From: Gammaproteobacteria bacterium
Lineage (GTDB): Bacteria > Pseudomonadota > Gammaproteobacteria > PS1 > Pseudothioglobaceae
Assembly (NCBI GenBank): GCA_008080915.1
Contig: VMDI01000049.1
Coordinates: 1 to 56,045, forward strand
Reading direction: 5' to 3'
Length of the DNA: 56,045 bases
Below, one piece after another: positions 42,907 through 50,873 of this stretch. The translations under genes were made by a program, and so were the position numbers. The notes under the pieces are model-generated. The model saw only the letters and a program-made list of their open reading frames with translations. It was not told where the DNA came from and ran no database searches. Position 1 is the first letter of the stretch. Every line of letters begins with the position of its first letter.

Positions 42907-43966
42907 CTCTTAAGCTCCTTTTGGATTTATCTTTGACCTTTCCCACTAGTTGACCACAAGCCGCATCAACATCATCACCCCTGGTTCTTCTAGTCATTGT
43001 TCTGATCCCACTGCTATATAAGATATCCTGAAACTTCTCTATTGTAGATCTATTAGAGGTTTTATATTGGGTATTCGGGAAAGGATTAAAAGGAATTAAA
43101 TTAACTTTAGCGGAAATATTCTTCAAAAGTTTGGCCAGTGCCTTGGCCTGAGTCTCAGAGTCATTTACCCCATCAAGCATCACATATTCAAAAAGCACAT
43201 GTCTTTCTTGAGAGCCAGAATTAATGAAATGATGACAAGCCTCCATTAGTTCATTAATGGGATATTTTTGGTTAATTGGAACCAATTCATCTCTCAAATC
43301 ATTATCAGATGCATGCAAAGATATTGCCAAACTCACATTAGTTGAGTCGCACATTCTATAAATTGCTGGAACAACCCCTGAAGTTGAAATCGTCACCTTC
43401 CTCCTGGAAAGTCCATATGCCATATCATCTAGCAATAAATCGCACGACTCATAGACTGATTTTTCATTCAAAAGCGGTTCGCCCATTCCCATAAAGACGA
43501 CATTAGTGATTCTTTGGTTGGTACTGTTAAGATGAAGTTTCGCAATCATTAACTGGGACATAATCTCAGCCGATGAGAGGTTACGATTAAACCCTTGTTT
43601 GCCCGTTGAACAAAAAGAGCAATCCAATGCACAGCCCACCTGGGATGAAATGCACAATGTTCCTCTTTGGTTCTCAGGTATATAAACCATCTCAATATGA
43701 CTATCCTCATCTAAACTCAAAACCCATTTGATGACACCATCAGAAGCCATTGACTGTGTTTTAATTAAAGGAAGATCAAATGATGCAATAGAATCTAACT
43801 TATCTCTTAAGTTAGCACTTAAATTAGACATCTCATTGAAATCTATCACATCTTTGTGATAGACCCATTGCATCAATTGTTTAGAACGATAGGACTTCTC
43901 ACCCAACTCAAAAAAGAAATGATTAAGATTGGATTGATTAAGCCCTAATAAATTCGTTTTGTTCAA
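42899..43966 (-). CDS. rlmN: 23S rRNA/tRNA adenine-C2 methyltransferase (radical SAM) RlmN
   Basis: 355 aa with radical-SAM CALDCSFCSTG and C-terminal CGQL. Confidence 0.95.
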   Translation of the reverse strand: MNKTNLLGLNQSNLNHFFFELGEKSYRSKQLMQWVYHKDVIDFNEMSNLSANLRDKLDSIASFDLPLIKTQSMASDGVIKWVLSLDEDSHIEMVYIPENQRGTLCISSQVGCALDCSFCSTGKQGFNRNLSSAEIMSQLMIAKLHLNSTNQRITNVVFMGMGEPLLNEKSVYESCDLLLDDMAYGLSRRKVTISTSGVVPAIYRMCDSTNVSLAISLHASDNDLRDELVPINQKYPINELMEACHHFINSGSQERHVLFEYVMLDGVNDSETQAKALAKLLKNISAKVNLIPFNPFPNTQYKTSNRSTIEKFQDILYSSGIRTMTRRTRGDDVDAACGQLVGKVKDKSKRSLRDA

Positions 43967-43996
43967 AGAATTTTTGAATATTAAACCCAGTTCTGA

Positions 43997-44425
43997 CTAG
44001 CGAGTTCTTGGACAAACACCACCATCGCCAAAGAAATAGTTAATCTCTATCTCGGCATTTTCTAGAGAATCTGAGCCATGCACTGCATTTTCATCGATAG
44101 AAGTTGCAAAGTCCGCACGAATGGTTCCAGGAGCGGCCTCTTGGGGATTCGTTGCTCCCATGACCTCACGGTGTCTCACTACCGCATCTTCACCTTCAAG
44201 CACTTGAACCATGACTGGGCCAGATGTCATGAAATCAATTAAATCATTGTAGAAAGGTCTTTCTTTATGAACCGCATAAAAGCCGCCTGCTTGCTCTCTA
44301 TCAAGATGAATCATCTTAGCAGCAACAATTTTAAAACCCGCTTCTTCGAATCTTGCATAAATCTGACCGATGACATTTTTTGCTACTGCATCAGGCTTGA
44401 TAATTGATAAAGTTCTTTCCATCAT
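43997..44425 (-). CDS. ndk: Nucleoside diphosphate kinase
   Basis: [20 protein letters not shown] active-site His context. 141-142 aa. Confidence 0.97.
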   Translation of the reverse strand: MMERTLSIIKPDAVAKNVIGQIYARFEEAGFKIVAAKMIHLDREQAGGFYAVHKERPFYNDLIDFMTSGPVMVQVLEGEDAVVRHREVMGATNPQEAAPGTIRADFATSIDENAVHGSDSLENAEIEINYFFGDGGVCPRTR

Positions 44426-44499
44426 AAACTCCAGAATTAAAAATTTTGCTATTTTACAGCAAGAGTGTCATTAAATTATCTTGTACATAAAACGCGCAT

Positions 44500-44526
44500 A
44501 AAAAAAGCACCCATAAGGGTGCTTTT
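44500..44526 (-). terminator. Rho-independent terminator after the HU gene
   Basis: Stem AGCACCC (44506-44512) / GGGTGCT (44517-44523) with loop ATAA. A7 on the plus strand gives a U7 tail on the minus strand. Confidence 0.75.
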
Positions 44527-44546
44527 AATAATTAATTAGTGATTAA

Positions 44547-44822
44547 TTAACCGTTAACCGCGTCTTTAAGAGCTTTACCAGCTTTAAAAGCAGCAACTTT
44601 AGATGCAGCGATATTAATTGTAGCACCTGTTTGAGGATTTCTACCTGTGCGAGCTGCACGCTCACGAACTACAAAACTACCGAAACCAGTAAGTTGGACA
44701 CCATCACCGCTTGACATTGCAGATGTAATTGCGTCAGTCATTGCATTTAATGCACGGCCTGCATCAGCTTTAGAAAGGTTAGCACCTGATGCGATAGCAT
44801 CAATTAACTCAGATTTATTCAT
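44547..44822 (-). CDS. hup: Nucleoid-associated DNA-binding protein HU
   Basis: 91 aa. [11 protein letters not shown]...GFGSF.VRERAAR.GRNPQTG..I.I. Confidence 0.95.
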   Translation of the reverse strand: MNKSELIDAIASGANLSKADAGRALNAMTDAITSAMSSGDGVQLTGFGSFVVRERAARTGRNPQTGATINIAASKVAAFKAGKALKDAVNG

Positions 44823-44997
44823 CCTCTTCTCCTCGTATAAATATTACAAAAAATTATAATTTGTTGACTAAATGTCAAATGGCTAATGAGATGGGTATAA
44901 GTGTTAAGCTTTGCCCCCCATGACATTTAGCTCTTCGACCATTATATCCATAAAATAAAAGGCTTTTGTGTAAAAATTTTAAAAAAAGTTCAAATTG

Positions 44998-45483
44998 CTA
45001 TCTATTAGAATTCTTTAATGTTCTTTCTTTGCTGATTGACCATTCCCTATCTTTAACATCCTGTCTTTTATCAAAGTTTTTCTTTCCTTTGGCAACGCCA
45101 ATTTCAAGCTTGATTTTATTGTTTTTCGACCAGAATAATTTTAGAGGGACAACCGTGTTCCCCTTCTGTTCAATCTTTTGTCTAATTTTGTCAATTTCTT
45201 TTCTATGCAAAAGCAATTTTCTTGTTCTAACTGGATCTGCATTAACATGAGTGGATGAATGCTTTAATGGCGTGATGTGACTTCCCAAGAGATACATTTC
45301 ATTGTCTTTTAAAATGACATAGCTCTCCTTAATCTGAACTTTACTGCTTCTAAGACTTTTAACTTCCCAACCCTCTAAACTTACACCAGCCTCATAGGTT
45401 TGTTCGATAAAATAGTCATGACGAGCTTTTTTATTCAGAATAATTATATTTGAGTCATCTTTTTTAGTTTTCTTTGAACTCAT
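44998..45483 (-). CDS. smpB: SsrA-binding protein
   Basis: 161 aa. NKKARHDY.I....AG..L.G.EVKSLR and a basic C-terminal tail. Confidence 0.97.
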   Translation of the reverse strand: MSSKKTKKDDSNIIILNKKARHDYFIEQTYEAGVSLEGWEVKSLRSSKVQIKESYVILKDNEMYLLGSHITPLKHSSTHVNADPVRTRKLLLHRKEIDKIRQKIEQKGNTVVPLKLFWSKNNKIKLEIGVAKGKKNFDKRQDVKDREWSISKERTLKNSNR

Positions 45484-45494
45484 ATTTTTAATAA

Positions 45495-45926
45495 ATGCAT
45501 CATATTTCTAAAAGCGCCATCGTAAGATACAGCCCAAAACAAATGTATGACTTGGTGAATCAAATTGATGATTATCCTAAATTCCTACACTGGTGCTCCT
45601 CTGCAAGTATTTTAAATCAAACCCCAACAGAAATTACTGCCTCTATCCAGATAAATAAAGGTCCCTTCAATCAAACCTTTTCAACTATCAATTCTCTGAA
45701 AGAGAATGAAAATATTCACATGGAACTTAAAGACGGTCCTTTCTCTTCTTTATCCGGAGACTGGTTTTTTGAACCCCTAGGTGAAGATGCTGCCAAGGTG
45801 ATATTGGATTTGAAATTTGGATTCTCATCTAAGATCATGGAATTAACAATTGCACCTGTTTTCACTGTCATTGCTAATTCTCAATTAGATGCTTTTGTGA
45901 AAAGAGCCTCTGAGGTGTATGGCTAA
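45495..45926 (+). CDS. ratA: SRPBCC/START-domain protein of the RatA (Coq10-like) family
   Basis: 143 aa. Divergent from smpB, as in E. coli. Polyketide-cyclase/START-like pattern YP.FL.WC. Confidence 0.85.
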   Translation: MHHISKSAIVRYSPKQMYDLVNQIDDYPKFLHWCSSASILNQTPTEITASIQINKGPFNQTFSTINSLKENENIHMELKDGPFSSLSGDWFFEPLGEDAAKVILDLKFGFSSKIMELTIAPVFTVIANSQLDAFVKRASEVYG

Positions 45927-46449
45927 ACTTTACAAGTTAAATAAGCCCTATGGAGTAGTTTGTCAATTTAGTGGTGAGGGTAACACTCTGGCAAGTTTAA
46001 TTAATATTAAAGATATTTATCCAGTGGGAAGACTCGATAAAAACTCTGAGGGGTTATTGCTTCTTACCGATGATGGAAAACTTCAACATAAGCTTTCGAA
46101 TCCAAAATTCAATAAAGAAAAAAAATACGTTGTTCAAGTAGAGGGGGATATTGAAGAGAATTCGATTCGACTTTTATCTCAAGGTGTTGAATTGAAGGAC
46201 GGTATAACAAAACCCGCTAGGGTTTGTCGAATTGATGAACCAAATTGGCTGTGGGAGAGAAATCCACCCATTAGAGTGAGAAAACTCATTCCAACCTCAT
46301 GGTTAGAAATAATCATCTCTGAGGGAAGAAATCACCAGATAAGAAGAATGACTGCTCATGTGGGATATCCAACGCTAAGATTGATTCGCACCTCTATTGA
46401 TAATTATCATCTAAATCAACTAAAACCTGGTCAATATGAGCGAGTATAA
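45919..46449 (+). CDS. rluE: RsuA-family pseudouridine synthase, RluE-like
   Basis: 176 aa with catalytic motif GRLDKNSEGLLLLT and GRNHQIRRM. No S4 domain. Confidence 0.85.
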   Translation: MAKLYKLNKPYGVVCQFSGEGNTLASLINIKDIYPVGRLDKNSEGLLLLTDDGKLQHKLSNPKFNKEKKYVVQVEGDIEENSIRLLSQGVELKDGITKPARVCRIDEPNWLWERNPPIRVRKLIPTSWLEIIISEGRNHQIRRMTAHVGYPTLRLIRTSIDNYHLNQLKPGQYERV

Positions 46450-47224
46450 GAAGGTTCTTTCAGCGCTTTTAGAATCTGATCTAGATAGAAAAATACAAGC
46501 AGTCTATGAAATTTTTAATCATTCAACTGAGCATAATCTGGACTTAACTAAAGTTGAAACCATCAGAATAAAAGATCCTGGAAGGCCATTAAAGCCAGAA
46601 TTGGTTAGATTTCAAGGAGTGCCAAAACGCGACAGTTCTGATTTGGGAATGATAAAAACGATTCATGCGATATGTCACATTGAATTCAATGCTATAAATT
46701 TAGCACTCGATGCCGCCTACCGCTTTCAGCAAATGCCTAAAGATTTTTTCTTAGACTGGATTAAGGTGGCAAAAGAAGAAGCGACACATTTTGAGTTAAT
46801 AAGAAACTATCTCAATGAGCTGGGTTATGAATATGGTGATTTCAATGCACATGGAGGACTTTGGAGAATGACGCATGAGACGGATTATGATGTCTTAGCT
46901 AGAATGGCGCTGGTGCCGAGGGTACTAGAAGCAAGAGGTCTGGATGTCACACCGGGTATCCAAAAAAAATTCCAGAACTCTAAATATCAAAAAATGTCAG
47001 ATATATTAGATACCATCTACCGCGATGAAATTGGTCATGTCAAGATTGGCAATCGATGGTTTTCATATCTATGCAAGCAGCGTGACATCGATCCATTAAT
47101 GACTTTTAAATCGTTAGTTCAAAAACACATAGGTCATGAGCTGAGAGGTCCTTTTAATATCGAAGCTCGAAAACTATCTGAGTTTTCAGAGAAGGAACTT
47201 AACTTCCTGGAGTCTAATTTTTAG
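46436..47224 (+). CDS. Ferritin-like domain protein (DUF455)
   Basis: 262 aa. Di-iron-like pairs (HIEFNAINLALDA, EEATHF, E..GL, DEIGHV) consistent with the DUF455 family. Confidence 0.75.
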   Translation: MSEYKKVLSALLESDLDRKIQAVYEIFNHSTEHNLDLTKVETIRIKDPGRPLKPELVRFQGVPKRDSSDLGMIKTIHAICHIEFNAINLALDAAYRFQQMPKDFFLDWIKVAKEEATHFELIRNYLNELGYEYGDFNAHGGLWRMTHETDYDVLARMALVPRVLEARGLDVTPGIQKKFQNSKYQKMSDILDTIYRDEIGHVKIGNRWFSYLCKQRDIDPLMTFKSLVQKHIGHELRGPFNIEARKLSEFSEKELNFLESNF

Positions 47225-47411
47225 ATTGTTTTGGGCCTGAGTTGTATTCAGACTCAAAATATGTAAAATGATTTGTGTTCTAAGTATTAATTATTGCATT
47301 ATTGTCTCCGCAATATGTGTTATTTATAGCCTTTTGGTTATTTATTCGTTCACTTGCTTTAATTTTTATTTAGAACACTATTAAATTAACTACATTACTC
47401 TTTGGGGAGTT

Positions 47412-47430
47412 GTATAAAGACTTGTTTACA
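47412..47430 (+). promoter_or_regulatory. Palindromic operator-like motif GTATAAAGACTTGTTTACA upstream of mini-protein gene A1
   Basis: Starts 50 nt upstream of the ATG at 47462. Matches the motif upstream of paralog A2 at 16 of 19 positions. Imperfect dyad TAAAGA-N2-TGTTTA. Confidence 0.5.
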
Positions 47431-47461
47431 AGTTAGGGTTTTATTACTACTGGAGTTATAA

Positions 47462-47704
47462 ATGAATAAATTAAGTATCTTATTTGCATCATTGTTTGCA
47501 TTTTCAATGAGTGTAAATGCTCATATGGCTGGTGAAAATACACCTAAACTACCTACCGTGAATGGTGGTACTGAAGCTCAAAAAGAGGCAGTTCGCCAGG
47601 GTGCTAAAGAGTTTTGTGAAGAAAAAGAAGATGATGAAAGAGAAGAGTGTGTCATGGACTTCTATGCGAATCATAATCTAGAAGAAGAGCCTAGCTGTGA
47701 CTAA
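47462..47704 (+). CDS. Secreted acidic 3-Cys mini-protein, paralog A1 (80-aa precursor, about 60 aa mature)
   Basis: Signal peptide MNKLSILFASLFAFSMSVNA, then HMAGE... Mature part is 51/60 identical to the product of 50609..50851. SD-like GGAG upstream. Has its own terminator. Confidence 0.8.
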   Translation: MNKLSILFASLFAFSMSVNAHMAGENTPKLPTVNGGTEAQKEAVRQGAKEFCEEKEDDEREECVMDFYANHNLEEEPSCD

Positions 47705-47723
47705 TTACTCAAACAATTAAAAT

Positions 47724-47747
47724 AAGCCGCTTATAGCGGCTTTTTTT
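47724..47747. terminator. Bidirectional Rho-independent terminator shared by A1 (+) and the convergent minus-strand operon
   Basis: Stem AAGCCGCT (47724-47731) / AGCGGCTT (47735-47742) with loop TAT. T7 follows on the plus strand; A/T-rich tail on the minus strand. Confidence 0.8.
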
Positions 47748-47758
47748 ATATCTGTCTA

Positions 47759-48637
47759 TTATTGATACAAATTAGAAAGCCAAGAATCAACTCTATCGAC
47801 AAGCTCTGTAGACATTGACTCCTCTTTGTAATAGTGATCTGCCTTCCCAACGACTAGTTGTATACTTTTGTCGGGTTTTTTCTGAGAAAGTTGCTTCTTT
47901 CTCTCTTCTGACATTCTTTTAACTCCTGGAAAGTCATTTTCTCCGAAGATATCTAATACTGGGGCCACCATTTTTTCGATAGGAAATGGCTTAATCAGCT
48001 TTTGTTTATAGTCAGTCGCGCCCATACCAATTCCCACATAGCTATTGAACTTAGAGTCGCCATACTTGTCAATGTAACTCATTGACATATGTGCTCCACA
48101 GCCATGCCCGATAAGATGGATATTATTCACCCCCTTTTCTTTTAAAAAGTCTACGGCAGCATCAATGCGCTCATGCGCATACGGAAAAATAGGAACATAA
48201 TCATAATACTTAGCCTCTTTATCTAACACTGGCATTTGAACGGATAGCGTATGCCACCCCTTATTAGCCAATCCAACTCTAAGCGGTTTGACGACAGTCG
48301 CCCAATTTGCATGATAACCTCTTGAGTGAAGCAAAATAACCGCACCCTTAGGTTTTTCCGCTTCAGATTCCATAAAGATGGTGAAAACTTTTCTACCGTC
48401 TTTGAGTGGCAAATATTCGACATCCCCATCCATGACAGCTTCTTCGATCTCCTTTATCATACGATCTTCTCGCTTAAAATCAGGCTGCTTATCGATAAAT
48501 TCATTGAAGTATTGTCTGAGTTGATTTGGATCAAACTCACCAAACATTGGAAGTTTTGGCATATTATCAAACCATAGCGCAGAAGCACTTAAAGAGACAA
48601 AAGCTCCCAAAAATATAATCAGTCTTGTAAATTTCAT
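47759..48637 (-). CDS. Secreted alpha/beta-fold hydrolase-like protein (DUF3530-like) with Cys at the nucleophile elbow
   Basis: 292 aa with signal peptide MKFTRLIIFLGAFVSLSASA. GAVILLHSRGYHANW oxyanion region, elbow LIGHGCGAH (G-x-C-x-G), later FGENDFP (Asp) and KADHYY (His). Confidence 0.75.
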   Translation of the reverse strand: MKFTRLIIFLGAFVSLSASALWFDNMPKLPMFGEFDPNQLRQYFNEFIDKQPDFKREDRMIKEIEEAVMDGDVEYLPLKDGRKVFTIFMESEAEKPKGAVILLHSRGYHANWATVVKPLRVGLANKGWHTLSVQMPVLDKEAKYYDYVPIFPYAHERIDAAVDFLKEKGVNNIHLIGHGCGAHMSMSYIDKYGDSKFNSYVGIGMGATDYKQKLIKPFPIEKMVAPVLDIFGENDFPGVKRMSEERKKQLSQKKPDKSIQLVVGKADHYYKEESMSTELVDRVDSWLSNLYQ

Positions 48638-49164
48638 TTAAATTCCCCCAACTTAATCAATGCATCCTCGGCTAAAGGGTGTTTATTTTTATAAGCCTCT
48701 TTTAACCAATATATGGCTTTCTCCTGATCACCTAATTCCAGAAGCAGTGAAGCCAAGTTATATTGGGCATATTCATCTTTGCCCTGTGAAGATATTGTCC
48801 ACCATTTTCTAGCCTTGTCTATATTTTTTTTTACTCCCCTGCCTTGGTAAAAAAGCATCCCTAATTCTGTTTGTGCATGATTCAAGCCTTGGAAAGCAGC
48901 CATGGATAGGTACTCATAAGCTCTAGTGTCATCCTTTTCAACACCCAGACCATGAAGATAGCTTAGTCCGATGTTATTTTGTGCAGGAGCGTAACCTAGG
49001 TCAGCTGATTTCATCATCAGATCAAATGCTTTTTTATTTTGACCCTTCTGAGAGTATTCAAACCCCTCTTTATAGAAATCTAGTGCCTCAGAGCTTGAGG
49101 CAAATGTGAAGTTATTAAGAAAAAAAAGGGACGCAATAAGCATCCCTTTAATTAGATTTTTCAA
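48634..49164 (-). CDS. Secreted Sel1-like repeat (SLR/TPR-type) protein
   Basis: 176 aa. Repeats of type A...GYAPAQNNIGLSYLHGLGVEKD..RA..YL..AA.QG...AQ..LG. The annotated start is TTG (49164); an alternative ATG lies at 49143. 4-nt overlap with the hydrolase gene. Confidence 0.75.
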   Translation of the reverse strand: MKNLIKGMLIASLFFLNNFTFASSSEALDFYKEGFEYSQKGQNKKAFDLMMKSADLGYAPAQNNIGLSYLHGLGVEKDDTRAYEYLSMAAFQGLNHAQTELGMLFYQGRGVKKNIDKARKWWTISSQGKDEYAQYNLASLLLELGDQEKAIYWLKEAYKNKHPLAEDALIKLGEFK

Positions 49165-49169
49165 CTGAG

Positions 49170-49832
49170 TTACTTCGTAGTTAAACCAAGAAGTTGCCAG
49201 TCGTTCATACCACCACGGTAGTACTTAATCTTGTCTTGTGGATAACCCATAGTCAATAAGGCTCTGATTGAAGCAGGAGACTGACCACACCATGAACCAT
49301 TACAGAACAAGTATAGAGTCTTCGCTTTATCGTAATTCAAAACACCATCCATGTCTTGAACACCGAAGTCTTTAACTAGGATATCAACTACAGCCATAGG
49401 ATCCTTAGCAAGTGCCTTAGAGTTAAGTTTAGTAAAAGGGACATTCACAGAACCTGGGATAGTGCCTTTCTTAACCCAACCTGGGGTACGAGCATCGACC
49501 AACATGATATTTGAATCACCGTCTGCCTTATCTCTAGCAGCGTGAATCATATCTAGCTCAGTAATTGTCTGAACTCTAGCTGGAGTAAATGGAGCAGTTG
49601 GTTGGATACAAAACGGAGGGCAAGGACGTGAAGTCTTTGCGAAATCTGGGTTAACAGTATTGTTTGTATTTTGATTACGAGAAATACCCGCAACAGTTCC
49701 AACACCCTTGACAATTGCCACTTTACCTACTGGTGAACAACCATTGTTCCAGTTGTTATCAGCGCCACAAAATGCATTTGCACCGAAAGTAAAAGCTGAA
49801 GCAGCAAAACCGATAAGTAATTGTTTTTTCAT
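49170..49832 (-). CDS. Periplasmic rhodanese-domain protein with CPPFC motif, paralog R1
   Basis: 220 aa with a signal peptide. KTSRPCPPFCIQPT segment, rhodanese fold (LVDARTP..W..GTIPGSVNVP) and active-site loop LFCNGSWCGQS. Confidence 0.85.
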   Translation of the reverse strand: MKKQLLIGFAASAFTFGANAFCGADNNWNNGCSPVGKVAIVKGVGTVAGISRNQNTNNTVNPDFAKTSRPCPPFCIQPTAPFTPARVQTITELDMIHAARDKADGDSNIMLVDARTPGWVKKGTIPGSVNVPFTKLNSKALAKDPMAVVDILVKDFGVQDMDGVLNYDKAKTLYLFCNGSWCGQSPASIRALLTMGYPQDKIKYYRGGMNDWQLLGLTTK

Positions 49833-49855
49833 TGTTTTTCTCCTCTAAATTGAGT

Positions 49856-49877
49856 ATGTGCCCACAAGTGGGCACAT
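49856..49877 (-). terminator. Perfect hairpin between the tandem rhodanese genes (attenuating terminator or mRNA processing/stability element)
   Basis: ATGTGCCCAC-AA-GTGGGCACAT with 10-nt arms. Located 13 nt after the R2 stop and 24 nt before the R1 start. No U-tract follows on the minus strand. Confidence 0.4.
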
Positions 49878-49889
49878 GTTAATGAATAA

Positions 49890-50540
49890 TTACTTAGCTG
49901 TTAAACCAAGAGATTTCCAAGCATTCATACCACCACGGTAGTACTTGATCTTATCTTGTGGGTAACCCATAGAAAGAAGAGCTCTAATTGATGCTGGAGA
50001 CTGTCCACACCATGAACCATTACAGAACAAGTATAGAGTCTTAGCATTGTCATAATTTAGAACACCGTCCATATCTTTAACACCGAAATCCTTAGTCATG
50101 ATATCTACAACCGCCATAGGATCCTTAGCAAGTGCCTTAGAGTTTACTTTTGTGAATGGAACGTTAACAGAACCTGGGATAGTACCTTTTTTAACCCAAC
50201 CTGGGGTACGAGCATCAACTAAAACGATATTTGAATCGCCATTTGCTCTGTCTCTAGCAGCGTGAATCATATCTAGCTCAGTCACTGTATCAACAGCAGC
50301 TGGTAAGAACGGTTCAGTTGGCTGGATGCAGAATGGAGGGCAAGGACGTGAAGTCTTTGCGAAATCTGGATCGATTGTTGCACCGTTATCTTGGTTACGA
50401 GAAATGCCCGCAACTTCCATAACACCTTTAACAATACCTACTGGCTTAGCGCCTTTCTTGTTATGACCTTCAGCAATCGCGCCAGTAGATGCTAATGCAA
50501 CCGCAACTGCAGCTGAAGTGAAAATTGTACGAAGTTTCAT
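49890..50540 (-). CDS. Periplasmic rhodanese-domain protein with CPPFC motif, paralog R2
   Basis: 216 aa with a signal peptide. 149/173 residues identical to R1 over the region from AGISRNQ to the C-terminus (manual count). Same CPPFC and CNGSWCGQS motifs. Confidence 0.85.
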   Translation of the reverse strand: MKLRTIFTSAAVAVALASTGAIAEGHNKKGAKPVGIVKGVMEVAGISRNQDNGATIDPDFAKTSRPCPPFCIQPTEPFLPAAVDTVTELDMIHAARDRANGDSNIVLVDARTPGWVKKGTIPGSVNVPFTKVNSKALAKDPMAVVDIMTKDFGVKDMDGVLNYDNAKTLYLFCNGSWCGQSPASIRALLSMGYPQDKIKYYRGGMNAWKSLGLTAK

Positions 50541-50608
50541 ATATATCTCCTCTTTTTTTTACTTAAGTAATTAACCCCATCTTCTCCTCGGGATTTCTTT
50601 ATCTTATG

Positions 50609-50851
50609 TTAATCGCAGCTTGGTTCTTCTTCCAGATTGTGATTAGCATAAAAATCCATTACACACTCTTCTCTTTTTTCGTCCTCTTTGTCAGAACAAA
50701 ACTCTTTTGCTCCTTTGCGAACTGCCTCTTTTTGTGCGTCAGTTCCACCATTAACGGTCGGTAGTTTAGCTACCTTTTCACCTGCCATATGCGCATTAAC
50801 ACCAAGCGATAGCACGCACGCAGCAGCAAACATTACTGCCAGTTTATTCAT
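50609..50851 (-). CDS. Secreted acidic 3-Cys mini-protein, paralog A2 (first gene of the minus-strand operon)
   Basis: Signal peptide MNKLAVMFAAACVLSLGVNA, then HMAGE... SD AGGAGA upstream. Same three Cys and identical C-terminal 20 residues as A1. Confidence 0.8.
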   Translation of the reverse strand: MNKLAVMFAAACVLSLGVNAHMAGEKVAKLPTVNGGTDAQKEAVRKGAKEFCSDKEDEKREECVMDFYANHNLEEEPSCD

Positions 50852-50873
50852 TCTTGTCTCCTAATATGAATGA

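Noticed and set aside
44854-44879. Perfect TTGACA and TATAAT hexamers on the minus strand upstream of the HU gene.
   Set aside because: The spacer is only 14 nt, outside the functional 16-18 nt range, so I do not call it as a promoter. The real -10 may be a neighbouring AT-rich hexamer.
44823-44997. Looked for tmRNA (ssrA) or another structured RNA next to smpB.
   Set aside because: The interval is only 175 bp, whereas tmRNA is about 350 nt or more. It contains no tRNA-like acceptor/T-arm sequence, and the other side of smpB is ratA. ssrA must be elsewhere.
47268-47384. 38-codon Cys-rich hydrophobic ORF (MICVLSINYCIIVSAICVIYSLLVIYSFTCFNFYLEHY) in the 237-bp gap before A1.
   Set aside because: There is no Shine-Dalgarno or promoter-like signal. 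T-rich intergenic DNA readily yields such hydrophobic frames. It is only worth revisiting if Ribo-seq or conservation supports it.
47462-50851. Inverted paralogous genes at both ends of the cluster, considered as an invertible segment or composite mobile cassette.
   Set aside because: The copies share at most about 18 nt of exact identity, and there is no recombinase, transposase or target-site duplication. Each copy has an ordinary promoter and terminator.
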